64,000 nt of DNA from Actinomycetota bacterium (GTDB lineage Bacteria > Actinomycetota > Acidimicrobiia > Acidimicrobiales > VFJN01). The notes under the pieces are model-generated. The model searched no databases. It was not told where the DNA came from and saw nothing but the letters and a program-made list of their open reading frames with translations. A program made the position numbers and the translations under genes. Shown in pieces: positions 9,962 to 18,124 of this stretch (within the stretch, counting starts at the first letter, position 1; the number at the start of each line of letters is the position of its first letter). The stretch covers positions 2,263 to 66,262 of the forward strand of contig VFJN01000006.1 of NCBI GenBank assembly GCA_009886035.1. The letters run 5' to 3'.

Positions 9962-10031
9962 CGGCTTTCCACTGACGCCGAGGGGGACTCGTCGACGGGT
10001 GTGAATCTCACGGGCCACGGCCGTCACCACG

Positions 10032-10065
10032 CGGCAAGGGCACCCCGGGGGGGGTGCCCTTGCCG
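10032..10065. terminator. strong GC hairpin between convergent genes (putative bidirectional, U-tract-less terminator)
   Basis: CGGCAAGGGCACCCC-GGGG-GGGGTGCCCTTGCCG: a perfect 15-bp stem with a 4-nt loop, between the esterase stop and the glnII stop. Confidence 0.55.
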
Positions 10066-10086
10066 GATCGCTCGGAAGGTAAAGGT

Positions 10087-11088
10087 CTACGCCAGGGCGG
10101 TACACACCGTGTCGATGATGATGTAGGTCACGTCGTAGGGATCGCAGTTGGCATTCGGGCGGCGATCCTCCAGGTAACCCTTCTGATCCACCTCGACCTG
10201 CCAGGGGATGCGCACCGAGGCACCGCGGTCGGACACGCCGTAGCTGTACTCCGAAAAAGGGGCCGTCTCGTGTTGACCGGTGAGCCGGTCCTCGATGCCG
10301 TGGCCGTAGAGAGCCACATGCTCCTTTACCCTCGGGGCCAGGGATTCGGCGGCGGCGATGATGGCGTCGTAGCCCTCTCGCATGGCCTTGGTGGAGAAGT
10401 TGGTGTGGGCGCCCGCACCGTTCCAGTCGCCTTTGACCGGCTTCGGATCCAAGGTGGCGGACACGTTGAAGTTCTCACCGATGCGGTAGAGCAGCCAGCG
10501 GGCGATCCAAAGTTCGTCGGCCACCTGCGGGGCAGCCACCGGACCCACCTGGAACTCCCACTGACCCGGCATCACCTCGGCGTTGATGCCCGAGATGTGC
10601 AGGCCGGCCGCCAGGCACGCATCAAGGTGGGCCTCCACCACGTCTCGGCCGTAGACCTCATCGGCGCCGACGCCGCAGTAGTAACCGCCCTGGGGGGCCG
10701 GGAAGCCACCCAGGGGGAAGCCATAGGGACGCCCCTCCTTGAAGAAGGTGTATTCCTGCTCAATGCCGAACCACATGGCCTGGGCGGCAAACTTTTCCGC
10801 CGCTTCGGCGCAACGGCGACGGGTGTTGGTCTCGTGCGGCCGCATGTCGATGTAGAGAACCTCACACATGACGAGGATGTTTTGGCCGCCGCGAATTGGA
10901 TCGGGGCATTGGAACACCGGCTGGAGAACGCAATCGGATTTGTCGCCGGGGGCCTGGTTCGTCGACGAACCATCGAAGCCCCAGATGGGAAGGTCCGTCT
11001 TTCCGTCCTCCATGATCCTCGTCTTCGAGCGCAGCTTGGCCGTCGGCGCGGTGCCGTCGACCCAGATGTACTCAGCTTTGTACGTCAT
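10087..11088 (-). CDS. glnII: glutamine synthetase type II (eukaryote-like GSII)
   Basis: 333 aa starting MTYKAEYIWVDG, a typical GSII N-terminus and length. The longer ORF to 11160 is probably an over-extension. Confidence 0.85.
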   Translation of the reverse strand: MTYKAEYIWVDGTAPTAKLRSKTRIMEDGKTDLPIWGFDGSSTNQAPGDKSDCVLQPVFQCPDPIRGGQNILVMCEVLYIDMRPHETNTRRRCAEAAEKFAAQAMWFGIEQEYTFFKEGRPYGFPLGGFPAPQGGYYCGVGADEVYGRDVVEAHLDACLAAGLHISGINAEVMPGQWEFQVGPVAAPQVADELWIARWLLYRIGENFNVSATLDPKPVKGDWNGAGAHTNFSTKAMREGYDAIIAAAESLAPRVKEHVALYGHGIEDRLTGQHETAPFSEYSYGVSDRGASVRIPWQVEVDQKGYLEDRRPNANCDPYDVTYIIIDTVCTALA

Positions 11089-11200
11089 CTGGGTTCCTTT
11101 CCTCGACAATTCGGGGTGATGCGGGATGAGTTGAGCCGCCCGGAAACCGGGGGAAGCCAATGGATGCTGCCATGAGTCAGTTTCCCGGCTCTTTCCCGAG

Positions 11201-11261
11201 TGTGAACGCTATGTGAACCAGACCGCAAGCCGAGTGTCATCAGCCGCGCGTCCCTGTCATC
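11201..11261. promoter_or_regulatory. candidate operator repeats in the glnII/glnA divergent promoter region
   Basis: TGTGAAC at 11201 and 11212 (11-bp phase). TGTCATC at 11235 and 11255 (20-bp phase). All four share a GTnA core. Confidence 0.3.
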
Positions 11262-11272
11262 ATTGACGCACC

Positions 11273-12607
11273 ATGGAACGCCAGCGTGACTACGTATTGC
11301 GCACGGTGGAGGAGCGAGGGGTCCGGCTGATCCGGCTCTGGTTCACCGACGTGCTCGGCCAACTCAAATCTTTTGCCATTTCCCCCGCCGAACTGGAGGG
11401 AGCGTTCGACGAGGGCATGCGTTTCGACGGCTCCGCCATTGACGGCTTCAGTCGGGTACAGGAGAGTGATGTCCTGGCCCGACCTGATCCGAACAGTTTC
11501 GAGTTGCTGCCCTGGGCTGATTCATACGGCACGTCGGCCCGAATGTTCTGCGACATCACCAACATTGACGGCACCCCCTTCGAGGGTGATCCCCGCCAGG
11601 TACTGCGCCGCAACCTCGACAAGGCCCGCGCCCGTGGTTTTACATTTTACGCCGCGCCCGAAATGGAGTTCTTCTACTTCGAGAGCGCCGACGCCGCCAC
11701 CGCCCCCAAGCCCCTCGATCAGGCCTCGTACTTCGACCTCACCACCGCCGATGTGGCATCGGACCTTCGTCAGCGCACGATCCACACCCTCGAGGCGATG
11801 GGGATACCGGTGGAGTACAGCCACCACGAGGATGCCCCCAGCCAACACGAGATCGATCTTCGCTACACCGATGCCCTCACCATGGCCGACAACGTGATGA
11901 CATTCCGGCTGGTGGTGCGGGAAGTGGCCTTCGAGGCCGGCGTGCACGCCACCTTCATGCCCAAGCCGCTCGCCGCCGTCCAGGGTTCGGGAATGCACAC
12001 CCATTTCTCGCTTTTCGAGGGGGATACGAACGCGTTTTACGATGTGGACGACGCCCGCAACCTCTCCAAGGTTGCTCGTGGTTTCATCGCCGGGGTGCTC
12101 ACCCACGCCCGGGAAATCGCGGCGGTGACGAACCAATGGGTGAACTCATACAAGCGTCTCGTGGTGGGGTTTGAAGCGCCGGTGTACGTGAGTTGGGCTC
12201 GCAACAACCGCTCGGTGGTTGTGAATGTGCCGCCCATCAAGGCCGGCAAAGCCGACTCGACACGGATCGAGTTCCGCGCCCCCGACCCGTCCTGCAACCC
12301 CTACCTGGCCTTTTCGGTGGTGCTAGCGGCTGGGTTACGAGGCATTGAGGAGGGCTACGACCTGCCGCCGGAGACGCTGGCCAACCTCTATCAGATGAGC
12401 GAGGACGAACGACGAGCCGAGGGGATCTCGATCCTGCCGGACTCACTCTCGGAAGCCCTCGATGAGATGGAGCGATCCGAACTCGTGGCGGAGGCACTCG
12501 GCGAGCACGTTTTCGAATGGTTCATCCGCAACAAGCGGGCCGAATGGCTCGAGTACAAGACCCAAGTGTCCCAGTTCGAGTTGGATCGCTACCTGCACCG
12601 GCTCTAA
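11273..12607 (+). CDS. glnA: glutamine synthetase type I family (GlnA/GlnA2-like, 444 aa)
   Basis: GSI N-terminal beta-grasp (RLWFTDVLG, FDGSAIDGF) and catalytic-domain motifs (NPYLAF). Confidence 0.85.
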   Translation: MERQRDYVLRTVEERGVRLIRLWFTDVLGQLKSFAISPAELEGAFDEGMRFDGSAIDGFSRVQESDVLARPDPNSFELLPWADSYGTSARMFCDITNIDGTPFEGDPRQVLRRNLDKARARGFTFYAAPEMEFFYFESADAATAPKPLDQASYFDLTTADVASDLRQRTIHTLEAMGIPVEYSHHEDAPSQHEIDLRYTDALTMADNVMTFRLVVREVAFEAGVHATFMPKPLAAVQGSGMHTHFSLFEGDTNAFYDVDDARNLSKVARGFIAGVLTHAREIAAVTNQWVNSYKRLVVGFEAPVYVSWARNNRSVVVNVPPIKAGKADSTRIEFRAPDPSCNPYLAFSVVLAAGLRGIEEGYDLPPETLANLYQMSEDERRAEGISILPDSLSEALDEMERSELVAEALGEHVFEWFIRNKRAEWLEYKTQVSQFELDRYLHRL

Positions 12608-12619
12608 GCCGCTCCCATC

Positions 12620-13297
12620 ATGGAACCGCTCCTTGTTTTTCCTGATCCGGCCGCCGACCTCGCTCAAGCGCTCGATCAGGCCGGCTACCCGTGGAACGGG
12701 GTTTCGGCGGCGTTTGGCCCGGTTCAGACGGAGCCGAGCGACGGTTGGTCGGGGGCGGTCATCGTGGCCGTCGAGGACCCGGAGGGCGCCTTTTCGGTGT
12801 GTCGGTCGCTGCGGCAGCGAGACGTGCCGTTGGAGCCGATCCTTTTGTTGATCTCCCCCACCCAGGCGGCGGATCTCGAGTTGCGGGACGACCTCTTCGA
12901 TGACTTCTGCTTCTACCCGTTCCAGGGCGATGAGTTCGCCGCCCGGATGAAGCACCTGTTCTGGCGCACCGGTGGCGGCACCCGCCCCGAACTGGTGGAA
13001 TACGGCGAGCTTCGACTCAACCTGGAGACCTACCAAGCCGCCATTGCCGGTAAGCCACTCGACCTCACCTACATGGAATACGAGCTACTCAAGTTCCTCG
13101 TCTCCCACCCGGGCAAGGTCTTCACCCGAGAGACGCTCCTCTCTCGGGTGTGGGGATACGAGTATTACGGCGGGGCGCGCACGGTGGATGTTCACATTCG
13201 TCGCCTCCGGGCCAAACTCGGCGAGGAACACGCCAACCTGATCCAGACGGTGCGATCCGTGGGTTACCGGTTCGGCCAGTCGCGCTGGGGTCTGTAG
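12620..13297 (+). CDS. OmpR/PhoB-family winged-helix regulator with degenerate receiver domain (GlnR-like candidate)
   Basis: The C-terminal trans_reg_C motifs are intact (LTYMEYELLKFL, RTVDVHIRRLRAKL, VRSVGYRF). The N-terminal receiver lacks the acidic pair and the conserved Lys. Confidence 0.75.
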   Translation: MEPLLVFPDPAADLAQALDQAGYPWNGVSAAFGPVQTEPSDGWSGAVIVAVEDPEGAFSVCRSLRQRDVPLEPILLLISPTQAADLELRDDLFDDFCFYPFQGDEFAARMKHLFWRTGGGTRPELVEYGELRLNLETYQAAIAGKPLDLTYMEYELLKFLVSHPGKVFTRETLLSRVWGYEYYGGARTVDVHIRRLRAKLGEEHANLIQTVRSVGYRFGQSRWGL

Positions 13298-13333
13298 GCC
13301 CCGGTGCGGCTGCCCCCGACGGGGGCGAGCGAG

Positions 13334-13492
13334 TTAGGTGTTGAGCTCGATGAGTTCTGAGCCCTCGTGGGTGGCCTCGCCGTTGTCCTTCAGGGCCCAG
13401 CCCAGCCCGGCCGCCACGATCCCGCCGGTGATGCAGACGCTGACCGGAATGAGGACGAGCAGGACCACGATGATGATGATGGGACCGATCAT
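13334..13492 (-). CDS. small hydrophobic membrane protein (52 aa)
   Basis: MIGPIIIIVVLLVLIPVSVCITGGIVAAGLGW is hydrophobic. It begins 4 nt after the RidA stop. There is no well-spaced SD, so the call is tentative. Confidence 0.35.
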   Translation of the reverse strand: MIGPIIIIVVLLVLIPVSVCITGGIVAAGLGWALKDNGEATHEGSELIELNT

Positions 13493-13496
13493 CTCC

Positions 13497-13853
13497 TCAT
13501 CCTGCCCCGACGTGGGCCCAGGCTTCCACCTCAACGAGGGCACCCAGGGGTAGTTCAGCGACGCCGATGGTGGATCGGGCCGGCCGATGGTCGCCAAAGA
13601 TCTCCGCGTACACCACGTTCATCCGAGGGAAGTCGCTCGCCATGTGGCGCAAAAAGACAGTGGTCTTGGTGATGTCGCGCAGCGAGGCGCCGTTGGCTTC
13701 CAGGAGCGCAGCCAGGTTGGCGAGGGCCTGACGAAGTTCGTCCTCAAACCCCCCCCGGACCAACCGGCCCCCGACCGCGCCCACCTGCCCCGACACCACG
13801 AGCCACTCGCCCGCTCGCACAATGGGGGTGTAGGGACCTACCGGGGCTGCCAT
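13497..13853 (-). CDS. RidA/YjgF family reactive-intermediate deaminase
   Basis: 118 aa from the internal ATG (MAAPVGPYTPIVRAGEWLVVSGQ...). This is typical YjgF/RidA sequence. The remainder of the 258-aa ORF overlaps the upstream gene. Confidence 0.8.
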   Translation of the reverse strand: MAAPVGPYTPIVRAGEWLVVSGQVGAVGGRLVRGGFEDELRQALANLAALLEANGASLRDITKTTVFLRHMASDFPRMNVVYAEIFGDHRPARSTIGVAELPLGALVEVEAWAHVGAG

Positions 13854-13866
13854 TTCCCCACCGTAG

Positions 13867-15432
13867 TCAGCGCCAGCGGGCCCCGGTGGGCCAGTCGGCC
13901 GGGCAGCCGAGGTGCAGCCAGGCGGCGGCGGCCACCGCCGCGAACACGGCGTCGCCACCCCGCACTGCCGGACCGGAGCCACGGGCCAGCTCCACGTGAA
14001 TCGGTGGGGTGTCCACCGCCCGCAACACACCGAAAGAACGAATGGTGAGGTCATGCACCGTGCCCGAAGCATCCACCGCGATGCCCTCCGCACTGAGCCA
14101 AGACAACGCCATGTGAGCGGCCCCGGTGGCGTAGGACCGCAGGACCACGTCGTCGAGTATCTCGCCGGCATCAAGGTGCACGACCAGCGTGCCGTTGGCA
14201 TCGATTTCCGCCTCGGCGATGGCCCCGGTGACCGGGTCGACCACTGGTTGAAGCGAGCGGCGGGCCCCGGCACACAACACGAGCGCTTCCGCCCAGCCCG
14301 CCGCCCGCAACCCGGAGGCGGTAGGGGGGCCAGCGAGGTCGACTTCCTCCACCCGCAGGGCGGGTGCCACCGACGCCACCGCGGCGGCGATCCCCGGCGT
14401 GCGGACCACCCTCAACACGCCCGCCCCGTGGGCATCGGCACCGCCGGCGACGGGAGGTCGCTTGGGGCCAAGACGCACCGTCGCTTCCCGGTTCAACAGC
14501 ACCCGCACCGCCCGGCCGTGCTTATCGGCCAATTGTCGGGCGACGGCGGCCACGATGCTGGCCTGCTTGCCTCCGAACGCCCCACCGTTAGCCAGTGGGG
14601 TGGCGGGCTCACCCCCGGGTTCGCACCACGAGGCATCGGGCTCCAGGTAGGCCGGCTCCACCCACGAGGTGCGCAGCGTCGCCGACCACACGCCGGGCGG
14701 CAGCGCCAGCGGGGGGGTAGCGGCCACCGTGGTGCGGCGGCCTTGCACGTTGCCCGCCGTGGCGCGTGCCTCCGCCAGGGTCTCGCCCACCACCCAACCG
14801 CCGGCCCCGTCGGGTACCGCCACGAGGGCACCGGCGGGGGCCGTATCGTCGGCGAAGCCGCCATCCCCGAAGGCCACCGCCGCCTCCACCTTTTGGGGTC
14901 CCCCCCCTTCGATGGCGGCGCGAGTGGACGCGGCGCGGAGATCGCGGGCAGGTCCTGGGGTGCCACTCTGCGCCATGTCCCATGCGTCAAGCACCGTGCG
15001 CCACCCGGTGCAGCGGCAAAGGTGGGCCAGCAGCGCCTGTTCAACCGGAGCATGGTCGCCGGCCTCGACCCCCTTGGCCGCTAGGCCCTCGAGGCGGCAG
15101 ATGATCCCCGGAGTGCAAAAGCCACATTGGCTGGCGCCGCTGGCGCAAAAGGCGTCGCCCCAGCGTTGGCGCCGGGCGGGGTCAAGACCCTCGAGGGTGG
15201 TGATGGCTCGTCCGGCCACCCGCCGAGTGGGGGTGACGCACGCCACCCGCGGCTGTCCATCGATGAGGACCGTGCAGCACCCGCACTGGCCCTGTGGGCT
15301 GCAGCCGTCCTTCACGCTGCGCAGGCCGAGGTGCTCTCGCAGCACGTCGAGCAACGTGCCACCGTCGTCGGGCACCTCCACCTGCTGGCCGTTGACCTCG
15401 AGTTGCAGAATGGGGTGAAGGCTTTCGACCAT
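13867..15432 (-). CDS. xanthine dehydrogenase-family protein: two [2Fe-2S] domains fused to a shortened molybdopterin-subunit-like domain
   Basis: Fe-S motifs CSPQGQCGCCTV, QCGFCTPG and CRCTGW in the first ~165 aa. About 355 aa follow, carrying vestiges of the Mo subunit (EPAYLEPDA, GGAFGGK). Confidence 0.65.
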   Translation of the reverse strand: MVESLHPILQLEVNGQQVEVPDDGGTLLDVLREHLGLRSVKDGCSPQGQCGCCTVLIDGQPRVACVTPTRRVAGRAITTLEGLDPARRQRWGDAFCASGASQCGFCTPGIICRLEGLAAKGVEAGDHAPVEQALLAHLCRCTGWRTVLDAWDMAQSGTPGPARDLRAASTRAAIEGGGPQKVEAAVAFGDGGFADDTAPAGALVAVPDGAGGWVVGETLAEARATAGNVQGRRTTVAATPPLALPPGVWSATLRTSWVEPAYLEPDASWCEPGGEPATPLANGGAFGGKQASIVAAVARQLADKHGRAVRVLLNREATVRLGPKRPPVAGGADAHGAGVLRVVRTPGIAAAVASVAPALRVEEVDLAGPPTASGLRAAGWAEALVLCAGARRSLQPVVDPVTGAIAEAEIDANGTLVVHLDAGEILDDVVLRSYATGAAHMALSWLSAEGIAVDASGTVHDLTIRSFGVLRAVDTPPIHVELARGSGPAVRGGDAVFAAVAAAAWLHLGCPADWPTGARWR

Positions 15433-15455
15433 GCGGTCGAGGATAGGTTCAGAGG

Positions 15456-16367
15456 ATGACCAAGCCGATCCGGCCCACCCCGATGAGTCGCCGCCGGTTC
15501 CTCGCCGCCGGGGGTGCAGGCGCGGGGGCCCTCCTGCTGGGGGCGTGCGGCGGGGGGCGAGAATCCGCCAACGGTGGCGCCTCCGACGCCCCGGCCACCG
15601 CGGGTGACCTCAGTCTGATCCAGTTCTTCGGCGGACCGGTCTTGGTGGCGGGCCGCCCGTCCCGGGCCCCGTTTGGCGTGGCCGACGCCGATGGTTTACT
15701 TCCGCTGTCGGCTACTCCCGCCCGGCTCTCGGTGGTCATCCTCGATGCCGCCGGTACCCCGGTGGGATCCCCCCTTACGGTGGAACGCCATGCGGCGGGT
15801 CTTCCCAAGGCCTACTTCCCCTTGCGCTTCAGCGTGCCCGAGCCCGGTGTCTATACCGCTCGGGCCGAGTTCGACCGCGGGCTAGGCGAGATGGCGATGC
15901 AGGTTGACGCGGCGGGCGCGGTGAAGGTGATCCAACCCGGCGCCCCGCTGCCGGGCTTGGCCACCCCCACCGAGCGCAACGCCGAGGGGGTTGATCCGAT
16001 CTGCACTAGCGACCCGCGCTGCCCCCTTCATGCCGTGTCGGTGGCGGAGGCCCTAGGTGCCGGCGCACCGATCGCGCTGCTGGTCTCCACCCCGGCGTTC
16101 TGCCAGGTGACCATCTGCGGCCCCGTACTCGATGTGTTGCTCGGCCAAGTGGCGGCGCACCCCCGAGTGCAGTTCATCCATGCGGAGGTGTACGCCCACC
16201 CCGGATCGGACCCGGACCTCGCCGACTACGCCCCCACGGTGGACGCGTTGGGGCTGCACTTTGAACCGTCTTTGGTCTTGGCAGGGTCCAACGGTCAGGT
16301 GAGTGAACGACTCGACAACATCTTCGACGAAACCGAACTCGCCGCCGCTCTCGCACAACTGCGCTGA
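15456..16367 (+). CDS. Tat-signal lipoprotein, unknown function, C-terminal thioredoxin-like segment
   Basis: Twin-arginine motif SRRRFLAAG followed by lipobox LLGAC. C-terminal FCQVTICGP. Confidence 0.6.
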   Translation: MTKPIRPTPMSRRRFLAAGGAGAGALLLGACGGGRESANGGASDAPATAGDLSLIQFFGGPVLVAGRPSRAPFGVADADGLLPLSATPARLSVVILDAAGTPVGSPLTVERHAAGLPKAYFPLRFSVPEPGVYTARAEFDRGLGEMAMQVDAAGAVKVIQPGAPLPGLATPTERNAEGVDPICTSDPRCPLHAVSVAEALGAGAPIALLVSTPAFCQVTICGPVLDVLLGQVAAHPRVQFIHAEVYAHPGSDPDLADYAPTVDALGLHFEPSLVLAGSNGQVSERLDNIFDETELAAALAQLR

Positions 16368-16404
16368 GGCCCGGGTGGCCAGCGCCGCCCGGAGCGGCGG
16401 GGGG

Positions 16405-16725
16405 CTAGCTAAAGGACTTGCCGCACCCGCAACTGCGCTGGGCGTTGGGGTTCTCGATGGCGAAACCGGCCCCTTGGAGACCGTCCTTGTAATCGAGCGT
16501 GGCCCCCTCCAGAAGCTCGGCGCTGGAGGCATCGACCACCACGCGTACCCCCGAGTAGTCCACGAGGTTGTCGTCTTCGGCCACGTCGGTGTCGAAGAAC
16601 ATCTCGTAACTGAACCCCGAACAACCCCCAGGCCTCACGGCCACGCGCAGGGCGAGGTTCGGCTCGCCTTCGGCTTCGATGAGGTCTTTGACCTTGGTGG
16701 CAGCGGTATCGGTGAGGGTTATCAC
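16405..16725 (-). CDS. erpA: HesB/IscA/ErpA-family iron-sulfur cluster insertion protein
   Basis: 106 aa with GGCSGF and a C-terminal CGCGKSF. AGGAGG lies 8 nt upstream of the GTG start. Confidence 0.85.
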   Translation of the reverse strand: MITLTDTAATKVKDLIEAEGEPNLALRVAVRPGGCSGFSYEMFFDTDVAEDDNLVDYSGVRVVVDASSAELLEGATLDYKDGLQGAGFAIENPNAQRSCGCGKSFS

Positions 16726-16930
16726 GTCAAGGTCCTCCTAAAGGGACGAAGCGACTTCCATTGATGCTACCGGGGTGGGCACGCGATCTCGACTCCGGTG
16801 GGTGGATCGTCCCGCCGGAGCGGCTAGGCGGCCGCCGGGGTGGGCGTCGGAGCCCCTTCGAGGGGCAGGGTGAAGCCGGGCGGGATCGGGCCGAGAGATG
16901 TTGTCTCGCCGGCGCCGGTAGAATCCGGGG

Positions 16931-18124
16931 GTGCCTCATCCCCCTCTTCCGAGCGACGTCGAGGTGATGGCGGTTTTGCGGGGCGTGATCGATCCCGAGT
17001 TGGGCAGCGACATCGTGGAGTTGGGGATGGCGAAGCGGGCGCGGGTGGAAGAGGACGGCAATGTGGTGGTGACCATTGCCCTCACCACCGCCGGTTGCCC
17101 CCTGCGCGCCCAGATCCAACGAGATGTGCGCGCTCGGGTGTCGTCGCTGCCCGGCGTCACCCACGTGAAGCTCGACTGGACCGAGATGACCCAGGAGGAG
17201 AAGTCCTCGGCCATGGCCAAAGCGCGCTGGAACGTGGCTCAGCGGCCGGAGGACACCGCCTTGGCCCCCACCACCAAGGTGGTACTGGTGGCCTCCGGGA
17301 AGGGCGGTGTTGGCAAGTCGTCGGTCACGGTGAACCTGGCGGCGGCCCTGGCGGCAACCGGTCTCACCGTGGGCGTACTCGACGCCGACATCTGGGGTTT
17401 CTCGGTGCCGAGGATGCTGGGGGTTCAGGGGCGGTTGGCTGGCCGGGAAGACGCCGGCAAAAAGGTGATGGTTCCCCATGAGCGCGCCGTGGGCGCTGGC
17501 TTGCTGCGCATCATTTCGATGGGCTTCCTGGTGGAAGACGAGGAGCAGGCGCTCATGTGGCGTGGCCTGATGCTGAACCGCGGCGTCACCCACTTCCTGC
17601 AAGACGTCGCCTGGGGAGATGACCTCGACTACCTCTTCATCGACATGCCGCCGGGCACCGGTGATGTGCAGATGGGGGTGGCCAAGTTGTTGCCGCGAGC
17701 CGAGGTGCTGGTGATCACTACGCCAGCCCAGGCGGCGCAGAAGGTGGCCATCAGGGCGGTATCCATGGCCCGTAAGAGCTTCCTACGGGTGGCCGGGGTG
17801 ATCGAGAACATGAGTAGTTTCACCTGCGATCACGGCGAGTCCTATGCGCTATTCGGTGAGGGCGGGGGGGCGCAACTGGCCGAGGACGCCGGCGTGCCTC
17901 TGCTCGGCCAGATCCCGCTGGAGGCCGCCGTCTCTCGAGGCGGCGACATCGGCGAACCCGTGGTGCTTGGCGACGGCCCGGCGGCCGACGCTTTTCGGGC
18001 CATCGCAGAAATCATCCTCACCGAGGCGATTCCGCCCGCCGAGATGGCCGGGTGCAGCGCTCGGATGCTCGATGCCGCGGTGGCTGCCCTCGACGCGTTG
18101 GATGAGGTAGCCGTTCAGCCCTGA
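16931..18124 (+). CDS. apbC: Mrp/ApbC Fe-S cluster carrier ATPase with N-terminal DUF59 domain
   Basis: DUF59 motif VIDPELG and deviant Walker A SGKGGVGKSS. Confidence 0.85.
   Translation: MPHPPLPSDVEVMAVLRGVIDPELGSDIVELGMAKRARVEEDGNVVVTIALTTAGCPLRAQIQRDVRARVSSLPGVTHVKLDWTEMTQEEKSSAMAKARWNVAQRPEDTALAPTTKVVLVASGKGGVGKSSVTVNLAAALAATGLTVGVLDADIWGFSVPRMLGVQGRLAGREDAGKKVMVPHERAVGAGLLRIISMGFLVEDEEQALMWRGLMLNRGVTHFLQDVAWGDDLDYLFIDMPPGTGDVQMGVAKLLPRAEVLVITTPAQAAQKVAIRAVSMARKSFLRVAGVIENMSSFTCDHGESYALFGEGGGAQLAEDAGVPLLGQIPLEAAVSRGGDIGEPVVLGDGPAADAFRAIAEIILTEAIPPAEMAGCSARMLDAAVAALDALDEVAVQP

Noticed and set aside
10054-11175. 373-aa plus-strand ORF
   Set aside because: Antisense shadow of glnII, with no motifs.
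16727-17602. 291-aa minus-strand ORF
   Set aside because: Antisense to Mrp/ApbC. Shadow ORF.
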